Below are positions 55,949 through 64,000 of a stretch of DNA of 64,000 bases, piece by piece. A program made the translations under genes and the position numbers. The notes under the pieces were generated by a model. It ran no database searches. It had not been told where the DNA came from and saw nothing but the letters and a program-made list of their open reading frames with translations. The stretch covers positions 158,940 to 222,939 of IMG/VR virus record IMGVR_UViG_3300037805_000644; one strand, 5' to 3'. Positions within the stretch are counted from its first letter, which is position 1. Every line of letters starts with the position of its first letter.

Positions 55949-57150
55949 CAGTTCCGCAGCCAGGCCATCACCGTGAGGAACTGATCACCCTCACGATCTT
56001 CACGGAACCGGACAAACCCACTCCCCTTGCGCTGGCTGACACCAAATCGGATGGCGTCCCTGTTCGAGCTGCTGATGACTTTTTGGAGGCAGGTCACCGA
56101 GAGCTGGAACTCTGGCGTGGCCTCGCTCGCTTCGATCTCACTCTCGGCGTCCTCAGGATCCGGGATCAGATGCTGACCCGAGTCAAGGGGCTTGATCTCC
56201 AAGGTCTTGAGCTTGCCCGTCATGGAGACCATGCCCAGGATTACAGGCCCCTTGTTGTCGGGCCTGGAGAAATAAAGACGGTTGTCCTCCCGGCTTGCGC
56301 CCGCCAGCAGGAACGGGATGGCCGTCCTGAGTTCGTCTTTGGGGAGACCCCACCACCACTGGTCATCCAGCTCCATCGGGAGCCGCATGGCCGGGAAAGC
56401 CGCCATGTACTTGGTCTCCCCGAACACGGCACCATCAGCACGGCGGAAAAGGAAGCCCTTAGAGTGCTCCAGGATCTCCACCATGGAGTCCGAGGGCAAG
56501 GTCCCGAGGAACTTGAGGATGCCCCCCATGTCCCCTGTGAACACCCGGATCCCGCATTTCTCCAGCCCTGCAACAAGGGCCATGCTCCCCGCCCGCTTGT
56601 CATTGGACAAGAAAGCGCCGCCCCGCACCTCAGTCACACAGAACTGAGGCCCGGTGCTCTCCATCTTGGTGTCTGCCATGAAAAGCCGGGCAAACTCCAG
56701 GGCCTGGGTCAGCCGTCCCGCCTCCAGGGATGCCGTGATCTCAACCTCATCAAGCAGGTCGTCCCAGTATGGGAACGCTTTCGGGTCCAGGGACTTGAAC
56801 TCCTGGGATCCCTTGGGGGCGACAGCCGTGACGACTTTGGTGTCGGGGTCGGAGTGGAACTCCAGGGGGGCATCGGACACCGAACGGAGCCACTGCTTGA
56901 GCCGAGCACCCTCCACGGTGAACGCCTGATCGGGGTCACCCTCCAAGCCCTCCACGGTGGCCTGGAAAGGGCACGAGCTGAACAGGCGTCCCGCAAAAGT
57001 CAGGACTTCTGCCTTATCCGTGGATCCCGCCAGGGGACGAAACACGAACTGAGAAGACAACTCCAAGTCCGTCCCCGACATGGAGTTGGAGACCACCTGG
57101 AGGGCCGCGTATAGGTCCCGTTTATTGACACTGATCTTCATATTATCCAT
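55948..57150 (-). CDS. DNA polymerase III beta-clamp-like protein
   Basis: MKISVNKRDLYAAL start, three-domain clamp pattern (~400 aa), AFP motifs; near dnaX. Confidence 0.7.
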   Translation of the reverse strand: MDNMKISVNKRDLYAALQVVSNSMSGTDLELSSQFVFRPLAGSTDKAEVLTFAGRLFSSCPFQATVEGLEGDPDQAFTVEGARLKQWLRSVSDAPLEFHSDPDTKVVTAVAPKGSQEFKSLDPKAFPYWDDLLDEVEITASLEAGRLTQALEFARLFMADTKMESTGPQFCVTEVRGGAFLSNDKRAGSMALVAGLEKCGIRVFTGDMGGILKFLGTLPSDSMVEILEHSKGFLFRRADGAVFGETKYMAAFPAMRLPMELDDQWWWGLPKDELRTAIPFLLAGASREDNRLYFSRPDNKGPVILGMVSMTGKLKTLEIKPLDSGQHLIPDPEDAESEIEASEATPEFQLSVTCLQKVISSSNRDAIRFGVSQRKGSGFVRFREDREGDQFLTVMAWLRN

Positions 57151-57427
57151 CCTCCCGGAGGAACGGCGCCAGGTCTTGCTCGGCCTGGTTTACTTGAGAC
57201 TCGAATTCTGAGATAGCGGACTCGTACCGCTCTTGTAGCTTCGCGATGCTAGATTCCAGCTTGTCGGGGTCAAGCCCCTTGGCCCGGCACTCGCCCTCGA
57301 TGCGGGCTACTTCTTCTTTGGCAGCCTCATACCGCCCCTGGAGCCGCTGGGCATCCTTCTGGGCGGCATCCCGGCGGGCGATGGCCTGCCCCAAGCGGTT
57401 GCGTTGATCTGTCACAGTAATCCCCAT
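57143..57427 (-). CDS. small coiled-coil protein
   Basis: Heptads around CRAKGLDPDKL. Confidence 0.65.
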   Translation of the reverse strand: MGITVTDQRNRLGQAIARRDAAQKDAQRLQGRYEAAKEEVARIEGECRAKGLDPDKLESSIAKLQERYESAISEFESQVNQAEQDLAPFLREDG

Positions 57428-57441
57428 GGTGGTCTGAGGGA

Positions 57442-58542
57442 CTACCCTTTGACAGCCACTGCACGACCCCCCTTGCCGAGGGTGAACAGCTTACGGCCGT
57501 TCTTGCTCGGGAGGGCGGCAAGAACCCCCGGGGCCTTCTTGTTCCGGTTCTCTTCTTTCTGAGCCTGGCGGGCTGGGCACACCGACTCATAGTCGCAAAG
57601 GCCGCAGTTGCTCGGGGCGGGGCGGGCGGCAAACTCCTCCCGATCCATACCTTGCCGGGCACTCTTGGCCCGGTGAGCCAAGCCCTTGAGGTCTTCCATG
57701 GTGAAAGGGACCCAGGTCACACCCGAGGCAGGGGCCTTAGCCTCATAGTGGGCCAGGGCCTTCCGCTTGATCGCCCGGGTCTCCTCCTGGACCCCCATGT
57801 CCTCCGCCTCTTCCCCGTACTTCTTGACCTCCTCGGACCAGTCGTACCCCTCGGGGTACCTGAAATACACGAAGCCCAGCTTGTCCGGCATCACCTTGTG
57901 GAAAAGGAAGAAACAGAGGGCGTACCACCGAAGCTGGTCAGGGTTCGTGTACCTCTTGGGGTGGTTCCGGTCCCAATACTCCCGACCGTTCTTCCCATCC
58001 AGGATCATGATCCCCTTGCCAGGATCCGTGTCCCGGCGGATCACAAAGTCAAGGCGACCCCCAACAGGGATCTGATAGGGGTTGCCCGCCTTGCTGCGGG
58101 TCTTGAGGACACCCTTGTAATTGACCTCGGATTGGGCGTAAGGGCCGATCAGCTTGTGCTTCTTGAACGTGCGCAGGTATCCACGCACCCCGTTGCTGAC
58201 GATGCGGTACATGTCCTCGCGAGACATATCGGAGACGCGCCAATCCACGTACCTTTGGGAGAGAGCCAGCTTGAATTGTTTTTCGGTCTCAGCCTCCAAC
58301 CAAGATCGCAGCTCGCGGGGGAACTTCCAGCGGTACTCGTTGTAAAACAACTCCAGCACGCCCTGGATAGCATCACCCATGAGGGCATGATGCTCTGACT
58401 TCTTAACGGGAAGGGGCTTCTTACGTCCGGGGCCCCCACCCACATCGAGGTTCCCCCACCCTCGGGACCAGAGGAACTTCTGAGGGCACTTCTCGTACGC
58501 GTCGAGACTGCTCCAGTAAAGCGTAAACGGTCGTCGAGCCAT
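57442..58542 (-). CDS. PD-(D/E)XK nuclease (RecB/AddB/Cas4-like) with Fe-S cysteines
   Basis: SSLDAYEKCP, GRLD, ILDGK, QLRWYA, CGLCDYESVC. Confidence 0.85.
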   Translation of the reverse strand: MARRPFTLYWSSLDAYEKCPQKFLWSRGWGNLDVGGGPGRKKPLPVKKSEHHALMGDAIQGVLELFYNEYRWKFPRELRSWLEAETEKQFKLALSQRYVDWRVSDMSREDMYRIVSNGVRGYLRTFKKHKLIGPYAQSEVNYKGVLKTRSKAGNPYQIPVGGRLDFVIRRDTDPGKGIMILDGKNGREYWDRNHPKRYTNPDQLRWYALCFFLFHKVMPDKLGFVYFRYPEGYDWSEEVKKYGEEAEDMGVQEETRAIKRKALAHYEAKAPASGVTWVPFTMEDLKGLAHRAKSARQGMDREEFAARPAPSNCGLCDYESVCPARQAQKEENRNKKAPGVLAALPSKNGRKLFTLGKGGRAVAVKG

Positions 58543-58543
58543 C

Positions 58544-59371
58544 TCAGCTCTCCTTGGAAACGTCGAGCAAGACGGGCCCACGGCCAGCCTTAGTGCCCTT
58601 GATGATGTGGTTCCCATCCCCGTCCCGGAAAGGGTTGTGGAGGGTGATATCTTTGGATTTCTTGGTCATCGCCATCAAGGTGTTCTGGTGTGGGACTGAG
58701 ATCGGGTACTTCCCGATCTCGGACACCACCTCATACTCAAGCTCTTGGGGGTCGATGTCACCCAGCCGGGTCACCTGGCGGAACTCCATACGCACCTGAA
58801 ATCCGCTGCCCATGAGGGGTTCCGCAGTCACTGGGAGGTGGCAGTACGTCATGAGGGTAACCCCAGAACCTGCCGCCGCTGCCTGGTTGTCTGAGAGGGT
58901 GCGGAACTCCACCAGGAGTGCTTCGGCCGCCTTCATGAATGCCTGCTCGGCGTCCGCTGTGGACTGACCCTCCCGCCACTCTGCCTGGCGCACCAAAGAC
59001 CTCGGGCGGGGAGGCGTCCCGCCTAGGATCAGGTGATCCTTGAACTCATCCTCATCAAAGGAGGGGCGAACCCGACCGATGATGATTGCGTCAGGGATGT
59101 TCATATCAGCAGGGAACGGGATCTCCCCATTTTCCATCTGCTTGACCATGCTCTCCCCGTACACCGCCCGGAGAGTCCTAAGACTTACGGACTGGGTGAG
59201 GTACGGGAGGAGGTCCGCAGGGATGTCTTTGATTTGAGGAGGTTTACCGGGGCGGTCCCACAGCGCCCGCAAGAGCTGCCGCAGTTCCCGTAGCTTTGTT
59301 ACGGGGTTGTGCTGGACCAGGGTCCAGAGGGCCACGATGTGAGGGTACGTCAGGGTCTGTTCTGTGGACAA
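58544..59371 (-). CDS. hypothetical protein
   Basis: TTG start at 59371 with SD GGAGG. Confidence 0.55.
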   Translation of the reverse strand: MSTEQTLTYPHIVALWTLVQHNPVTKLRELRQLLRALWDRPGKPPQIKDIPADLLPYLTQSVSLRTLRAVYGESMVKQMENGEIPFPADMNIPDAIIIGRVRPSFDEDEFKDHLILGGTPPRPRSLVRQAEWREGQSTADAEQAFMKAAEALLVEFRTLSDNQAAAAGSGVTLMTYCHLPVTAEPLMGSGFQVRMEFRQVTRLGDIDPQELEYEVVSEIGKYPISVPHQNTLMAMTKKSKDITLHNPFRDGDGNHIIKGTKAGRGPVLLDVSKES

Positions 59372-59417
59372 GAGGCAGCCTCCATTTCTGGAGTACCTAC
59401 CCTTTGGGGCCGAGGAA

Positions 59418-59657
59418 CTAGGCCCCCTTAGGGGGGAGGGTGCAGTATGTCTGATCGAAAACCGCAACTGCGGTGCCTGCACACGGCATAGGTTCACCGC
59501 ATGAGGTGCAGCGATCACGGAAGCCTCGGATGCAGTCGGGGCAGCTACGGGTGCGCTTCTTCGGATCCACCCCCGTCGCCTTGCAGGTCGAGCACGGGAG
59601 GTCTGCAACTACATCCATGCGACCCATCATCCGACCATCTCCGTGATCTCCTGGCAC
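59418..59657 (-). CDS. small CxxC-repeat zinc-finger protein
   Basis: CSTCKATG...CPDC..G...CTSC. Confidence 0.55.
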   Translation of the reverse strand: MPGDHGDGRMMGRMDVVADLPCSTCKATGVDPKKRTRSCPDCIRGFRDRCTSCGEPMPCAGTAVAVFDQTYCTLPPKGA

Positions 59658-60703
59658 AGCAGGTCCAGCTTCTTGCGGTTGGGGGCCCGAGGCAGCTCAG
59701 AAACCAGACCGATGGCCTTGAGATCGGCATCCTCCGCCACCGCCCACTCCATCAGCTTGTCGTAGCTCCAGTCACCATTGCGGATCGCCAACAGCTCCTC
59801 GGCATCCGGGCGGCGGACATGGACCACACCCTCCTCCAGGATCTCGCGGCACATCCGCATGAGGCGCACCAGATGCATCCCATGCTTGGTGTCGTAGCCG
59901 AACTCGGCCTCCAGCTTGGCCCGCTTCGCGTTCCTGTTGTTCTTCCAGTCCTGGTACGACTTGAAATGATCCATCGCGGACTTGTAACGGCGTTCACGGG
60001 CCAGCAGCTCGATGAAGTTCTCCTCCAAACCCGTCAGGCGGGCAGCGGCCATGAACCGCTCATCCTGCCCGATCACCAGCTCCGCAAGATACTGCTCAAT
60101 CTGCTCCCGGATGTGGAGTCGCTGGGCGTACCCCAGGTCCTCGAAATCGATGGACCAACCATCCATCTTCCGGTTGATCTCCGACATCGCCGCCGTGATC
60201 TGAGCAGTGGGTAGATCCGCCTTGGGGAGGAGATCATAGTCCTCCCGCACGGGCTTCTTTGCCGGGGGGTTTAGGAGCCAAGCCCGATGGCGCTGGATGC
60301 GCTTGAGCTGTTGCATGGCGTACCCACGGAACGTGTGCAGCGCCTTCTTCGACAGGAACTCCGTCCGGTGATCCCGGAGCAAGGCACCAGCCTCCGAGGT
60401 GACGCGCACCCCCGCCTCGTCGATGAACAACATCTCCAGCAGGGTGGGGTTGCAATCCGCCGCCAGCTTCATGAACTTGGGGAGGTTGTAGATCACGGCA
60501 TCCGCCGTGTCCTTGATCTCCGCCTGCTGGAACGTATTGATGAAACCCGTCCGGTAATGGACCGGGGCCACCGCCACACCCTTGTAATCGTAGTCGCTGT
60601 CCGGGCGGTGCGTCCCGTATGCACGAGACCCATGGTCCAGAAGAAGGATGGTCCGCTCAGGGAGCCAGGTGAGATTTCCGGTGTACTTGAAGGGCCAGGT
60701 CAT
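59627..60703 (-). CDS. Pol-beta superfamily nucleotidyltransferase (YcgL/RlaP-like)
   Basis: HGSRAYG..PDSDYDYKGV, CNPT.LE.LF, GYDTKHGMHLVRL, LLAIRNG. Confidence 0.85.
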   Translation of the reverse strand: MTWPFKYTGNLTWLPERTILLLDHGSRAYGTHRPDSDYDYKGVAVAPVHYRTGFINTFQQAEIKDTADAVIYNLPKFMKLAADCNPTLLEMLFIDEAGVRVTSEAGALLRDHRTEFLSKKALHTFRGYAMQQLKRIQRHRAWLLNPPAKKPVREDYDLLPKADLPTAQITAAMSEINRKMDGWSIDFEDLGYAQRLHIREQIEQYLAELVIGQDERFMAAARLTGLEENFIELLARERRYKSAMDHFKSYQDWKNNRNAKRAKLEAEFGYDTKHGMHLVRLMRMCREILEEGVVHVRRPDAEELLAIRNGDWSYDKLMEWAVAEDADLKAIGLVSELPRAPNRKKLDLLCQEITEMVG

Positions 60704-60860
60704 GGCGTCCTCTTTTCTCTGAAAGGGAAAACCCAACGCACCACCCGGGGGTGGTCCACCATGCCACCTCGAAAGTGAGGCTGCTGGATTTATTCCGCCG
60801 CCCCGGGTTGGCAACACCCGGGGTCCGTTTTGAGGGGCTTACTCGAAGGCAGGGTTTCGA

Positions 60861-61208
60861 CTACCCCCTGAGCGGGCGGTAATAGCAGAAGTCGGGCATA
60901 GCCGTGGGCACCCGGAGGTAACCCCGCCCCTCCCAAAATTCGCGAAACCTGGGGGTCATCACGTTCTCGATGAACGGAATACACCCAAACTTATCGGCGG
61001 CTTCCTCGAATGCGGGCAACCACTCGGTGAAAGCACCGGTGCCCGGTTTCGCCGCCTCCACACTGCCGATCTCTAGGGTGGAGACGAACTCTTTGCTGAG
61101 AAACCGCTGAGTCCGTCGGATGTAGACGGACAAACCTGGCGGGTACACCCACTGCCTGTGCCGGGGTTTGTCGAAGACCCCGAAACCCACCCAATCAACC
61201 GGGATCAT
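60861..61208 (-). CDS. GNAT-fold-like small protein
   Basis: LEIGSVE..KPGTGAF...FIENV.TPRF..FW..RGY. Start MIPVD at 61208. Confidence 0.55.
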   Translation of the reverse strand: MIPVDWVGFGVFDKPRHRQWVYPPGLSVYIRRTQRFLSKEFVSTLEIGSVEAAKPGTGAFTEWLPAFEEAADKFGCIPFIENVMTPRFREFWEGRGYLRVPTAMPDFCYYRPLRG

Positions 61209-61635
61209 AGGTGTTCCCCTTAGCCTCATTGCAGGGGGCACAGGCTGTCTGCATGTTCTCCAGGCTGTCAGGGCCTCCGAGGGACTTGGGGATCTTGTGA
61301 TCTTTCGTGAGCTGAACCTCATTGCCCTCGGCATCGAAACCGTACAGGTTGACGTGCCAGGGGTGTTCTGGGAGGTGCCGCTCTTTGGCGAAATGGGTGC
61401 CCTCAACCCCGCAAAAGCAGCACCGGGTGCCTTTCTCCTTGAAGCACAGGAGGCGGATGCTGTGTACCTTGACCAGATCACCCCTGATGTCTTCCTTAGG
61501 TCGCCGCTCTCCCGGGGTGGAGGGGCGGACATGAGGCAGGATCTCACCGAGGGGTAGCAAGGGGAGTTTCCGCCAGTTGCAGCTCCCCTCGGGGGTGGCG
61601 ACAATCACCGCCAGCTCACTTCCTGGCCGTGCCAC
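61195..61635 (-). CDS. HNH endonuclease
   Basis: CCFCG...[12 protein letters not shown]....[14 protein letters not shown]. Confidence 0.88.
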   Translation of the reverse strand: MARPGSELAVIVATPEGSCNWRKLPLLPLGEILPHVRPSTPGERRPKEDIRGDLVKVHSIRLLCFKEKGTRCCFCGVEGTHFAKERHLPEHPWHVNLYGFDAEGNEVQLTKDHKIPKSLGGPDSLENMQTACAPCNEAKGNTYDPG

Positions 61636-61847
61636 TCACAAGGGACAGGGGTGGCCACCTCCCTGTTGAAACGAACACAGGTCAGCGAGCAGAGAGGTTC
61701 CTCAGTCGGGACCGAAAACTCCACTACCCGGCAGATCCAGTCGTCGTCCTGGCCTTCTCCGGCCGAGCGGATTTTGTTTGGGTTCTGGTTGTCGGGGCCA
61801 CACGCCGCGAGGGCGAGCACCATCATCAGGGGAATAAGGTACTTCAT
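61605..61847 (-). CDS. small lipoprotein
   Basis: [16 protein letters not shown] lipobox. Confidence 0.65.
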   Translation of the reverse strand: MKYLIPLMMVLALAACGPDNQNPNKIRSAGEGQDDDWICRVVEFSVPTEEPLCSLTCVRFNREVATPVPCEWHGQEVSWR

Positions 61848-61854
61848 ACCCCAA

Positions 61855-62283
61855 CTACCCCTGACCCCCCATGGCGTTACCCGGGATGTCGGGCACCCGA
61901 TGGAAAACATCACAGCCAGGGCAGTACCGGTTTCGGAAATGTTGGGGGTGGTAGGAGAGGGTGTCGCAGGCTCGGCAGATGATCACGGGGGCCCCGAACT
62001 TCGTGCCCAGGTCAAACCCGGTGGATGCCAGGGGGGCTGAGCGACCAGCTCGGGTCACCATCTCAGGGAGGGGTCCTGATTGCCACCCCTCGTCACCCCT
62101 GAACCAGGTGTCCGAAGAGTGCGCCGCGTCCAGCTCGCCCAAAACCTCTCGGGCTGCCATGACCGCCCCCCGGGCAATCACCTGGGCCATCACTGCGGGG
62201 TTGTTGAGGTCAGTCTCGGGGTACTGGTCGCGGAGGATTTCCTCCAAGTCCTTGGCTACCCTTTTTGTGGCCTCGTCACACAC
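61855..62283 (-). CDS. hypothetical protein with a C-terminal zinc finger
   Basis: ICRAC...RYCPGCDVFH. Confidence 0.6.
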   Translation of the reverse strand: MCDEATKRVAKDLEEILRDQYPETDLNNPAVMAQVIARGAVMAAREVLGELDAAHSSDTWFRGDEGWQSGPLPEMVTRAGRSAPLASTGFDLGTKFGAPVIICRACDTLSYHPQHFRNRYCPGCDVFHRVPDIPGNAMGGQG

Positions 62284-62337
62284 CTGCCTTGCTCCCGGTG
62301 GGGGTATTCACGGGGGCAGGGTACCACAAAAGAAAGG

Positions 62338-63336
62338 CTAGCTCGCGTCTTCAAGAAGGGAGATCGCTTTCTCTTTGACCTCGTCAGGAATCCCCGCCAT
62401 GTCCCGGACGATGTCGATGAGACCTTTCTGCTCTGTGCGGAGCAAGGCGTCCTCAATGTTCTTGACAAACGCCTCCATGGTGGACTCCCGGACCTCGCGG
62501 CGAACTCGCCCCTCGACGTTGAACACCGCCTTGGCGTCCTCCACCTCAAGGGGGATCTGACGGATCTGTAGGCCCTTGTGCCCAAACTCCATGAGAACCA
62601 CCTCAGGGATCCTCTCCATTTCATCTTGCGTCAAGGCACCCCGAGTGAGGCTCCCCACATTGACGACGTAACGCAGCCGCTCAACACCGCCTCGTTGGGT
62701 GGGGGGCAATGTGTGGACCCCTTGGTTCTTGTGCCAGTGCCCAAAACACCACACATCTACCTCGGAGAGAGAATCCAAGAACTCATACTTGATGATGTCC
62801 TCGGACCCGAACATCTCCCCACCATCCTTCGAGGCGAGGCAGTGTGCCACTACAACCAGGTAATCCTCATCTCCACGCGTGATGGCCTTGAACCGGTCCA
62901 GATCGTAGGTGGTCCCGTGGTAAGGGATGCCGACCACCCTGACCTTGAAACCGCCCTGCTCAAACACCGCTTCGTGTTCATCGTACAGGCGGCCGAACAC
63001 CCCTGACTCGTACAGAACCCCCAGAGGCTGCTCGGGGAGGTTTTCGATATCCCCGTATTTGCAGTCATGGTTCCCGATGTTGGCGTGGACGGACACCCCC
63101 TTATGCACCTCAGCCACCTGGCGGACCAGACGGTGGCTGTTGCGGGAGGGGGACTTTACGTGGAAAAAATCCCCCCCATCGATGATGTGAGCCGAATGCT
63201 TCTTGGCAATGTCCACGGTCTGCCGAAGCTTCCCCAGGACCGTTGCGGCCCAATCATCGGTGCGGCTCCGGGGGGCCTGGTCGGACAAATGCACATCCGA
63301 ACGCCAAAGCAAGCGGATGTCGTGTTCTGGGCTCAT
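62338..63336 (-). CDS. SbcD/Mre11-like metallophosphoesterase nuclease
   Basis: SDVH, GGDFFH, GNHD, AH, GHWH, NVGSL; adjacent to the Rad50-like half gene. Confidence 0.85.
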   Translation of the reverse strand: MSPEHDIRLLWRSDVHLSDQAPRSRTDDWAATVLGKLRQTVDIAKKHSAHIIDGGDFFHVKSPSRNSHRLVRQVAEVHKGVSVHANIGNHDCKYGDIENLPEQPLGVLYESGVFGRLYDEHEAVFEQGGFKVRVVGIPYHGTTYDLDRFKAITRGDEDYLVVVAHCLASKDGGEMFGSEDIIKYEFLDSLSEVDVWCFGHWHKNQGVHTLPPTQRGGVERLRYVVNVGSLTRGALTQDEMERIPEVVLMEFGHKGLQIRQIPLEVEDAKAVFNVEGRVRREVRESTMEAFVKNIEDALLRTEQKGLIDIVRDMAGIPDEVKEKAISLLEDAS

Positions 63337-64000
63337 GTGTGCTCCTTACCACAGGTGGGGCAGACCCCCAGCTCTTCAATGAGCCTCTGTACCTCAGAGG
63401 CGAGTGACTGAGCCTCCAGATCTGCCTCTGCCAGCTCCACAGCTACCACCTCCAGATCTGCCTCAGCCCGGCCTAGCTGCTCTGCCATCCCGGAGACCTT
63501 GACCACAGCACGACTCAACTTAGACGCGGTGATCTCGGAGGGGTTCCCCACCTCTCCGAGGGTGGAGAGGCGGGCCACCTGGACCCTCGCTGCGGTCAAG
63601 CGACCTTGGGTGGTCTCTGCCTCATCCAGGTCTCTCAGCAGTCGGGCTGCATCCGTCTGAGGGGTGGCAACCTGGGCGACACCCTCCAGGGCGGCTAGAG
63701 CGCCCTTAGCGGCACGGAGACGCCGATACAGGGCCTCTGCCATCCCCAGCTCGGACAAGGCCCCCTGGGCCTGCTGAGGGCCCGGGACGACCACCTCCTC
63801 CACGGGAGCCAGGAAAGTGGCAACCTTCCTGTGACCCACCAGTTGGTCCCGCATCCCGGTGAGCCGCTGGTGGGTTCGGGACACCCTCTGGATTTTGGCC
63901 CTCTTCTCTGCCAGAAGCTCTAGGCCCCCCAGGACACCGTCCAGGCCATCAAACAGGCTCAATCCGTCCTCTGCCTTGGTCATGTCTTTACAACAAATCC
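63333..64000 (-). CDS. SbcC/Rad50 N-terminal-half-like coiled coil ending in a zinc hook (5' end outside window)
   Basis: The frame stays open to the window edge; the coiled coil ends GVCPTCGKEHT*. Confidence 0.7.
   Translation of the reverse strand, partial: ICCKDMTKAEDGLSLFDGLDGVLGGLELLAEKRAKIQRVSRTHQRLTGMRDQLVGHRKVATFLAPVEEVVVPGPQQAQGALSELGMAEALYRRLRAAKGALAALEGVAQVATPQTDAARLLRDLDEAETTQGRLTAARVQVARLSTLGEVGNPSEITASKLSRAVVKVSGMAEQLGRAEADLEVVAVELAEADLEAQSLASEVQRLIEELGVCPTCGKEHT

Noticed and set aside
57442-58542. Cas4 / CRISPR system
   Set aside because: No repeat-spacer array or other cas genes were seen. The context is recombination and replication.
61195-61635. HNH as part of a mobile intron or element
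   Set aside because: It is free-standing, overlaps its neighbours in an operon and interrupts no gene.
1-64000. Alternative genetic code (stop-codon reassignment)
   Set aside because: Conserved genes are full length in code 11, and TAA, TAG and TGA all end genes at coupled junctions.

Overview
This window looks like a 64 kb piece of a large, GC-rich (roughly 60-65% by eye) tailed dsDNA phage genome, with almost all genes on the minus strand. Reading in transcription order: (i) 64-50 kb holds replication, recombination and transcription genes (split SbcC/Rad50, SbcD/Mre11, HNH, a Pol-beta-type nucleotidyltransferase, a PD-(D/E)XK nuclease, a beta-clamp, a TOPRIM primase, DnaX, a NusG-like and a sigma-region-4-like protein). 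(ii) 49-19 kb is the head morphogenesis block (terminase, portal, prohead protease, scaffold, decoration protein, HK97-fold major capsid protein). (iii) 19-0 kb holds neck and structural paralogs plus nucleotide and RNA metabolism genes (Nudix, MazG-like, dCMP deaminase, CCA-adding-type enzyme, vWA protein). The most notable signal is a candidate capsid-cargo system. Two giant polyvalent proteins (1012 and 2346 aa) sit between portal and protease and string together about 13 domains: four ADP-ribosyltransferases, three zincins, a 2H phosphoesterase, topoisomerase IB, a PRTase, a GNAT, DUF5661 and an SH3-like barrel. The domains are joined by K/R-x-A linkers. An 11-aa tag, R-[VIL]-A-x-x-[YWF]-x-x-[KR]-x-[AGS], or its core, recurs in these proteins and in at least six other late proteins, which suggests a head-targeting plus prohead-protease cleavage cassette. 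Also visible: a 14-bp motif (RRT-N5-GYCTAT) upstream of about 10 late genes, a second GGGTAR motif upstream of non-structural genes, and a roughly 180-nt multi-hairpin sRNA with its own sigma70-type promoter and terminator. All family assignments were made by eye from motifs. No database searches were run, and the host cannot be determined from this window.
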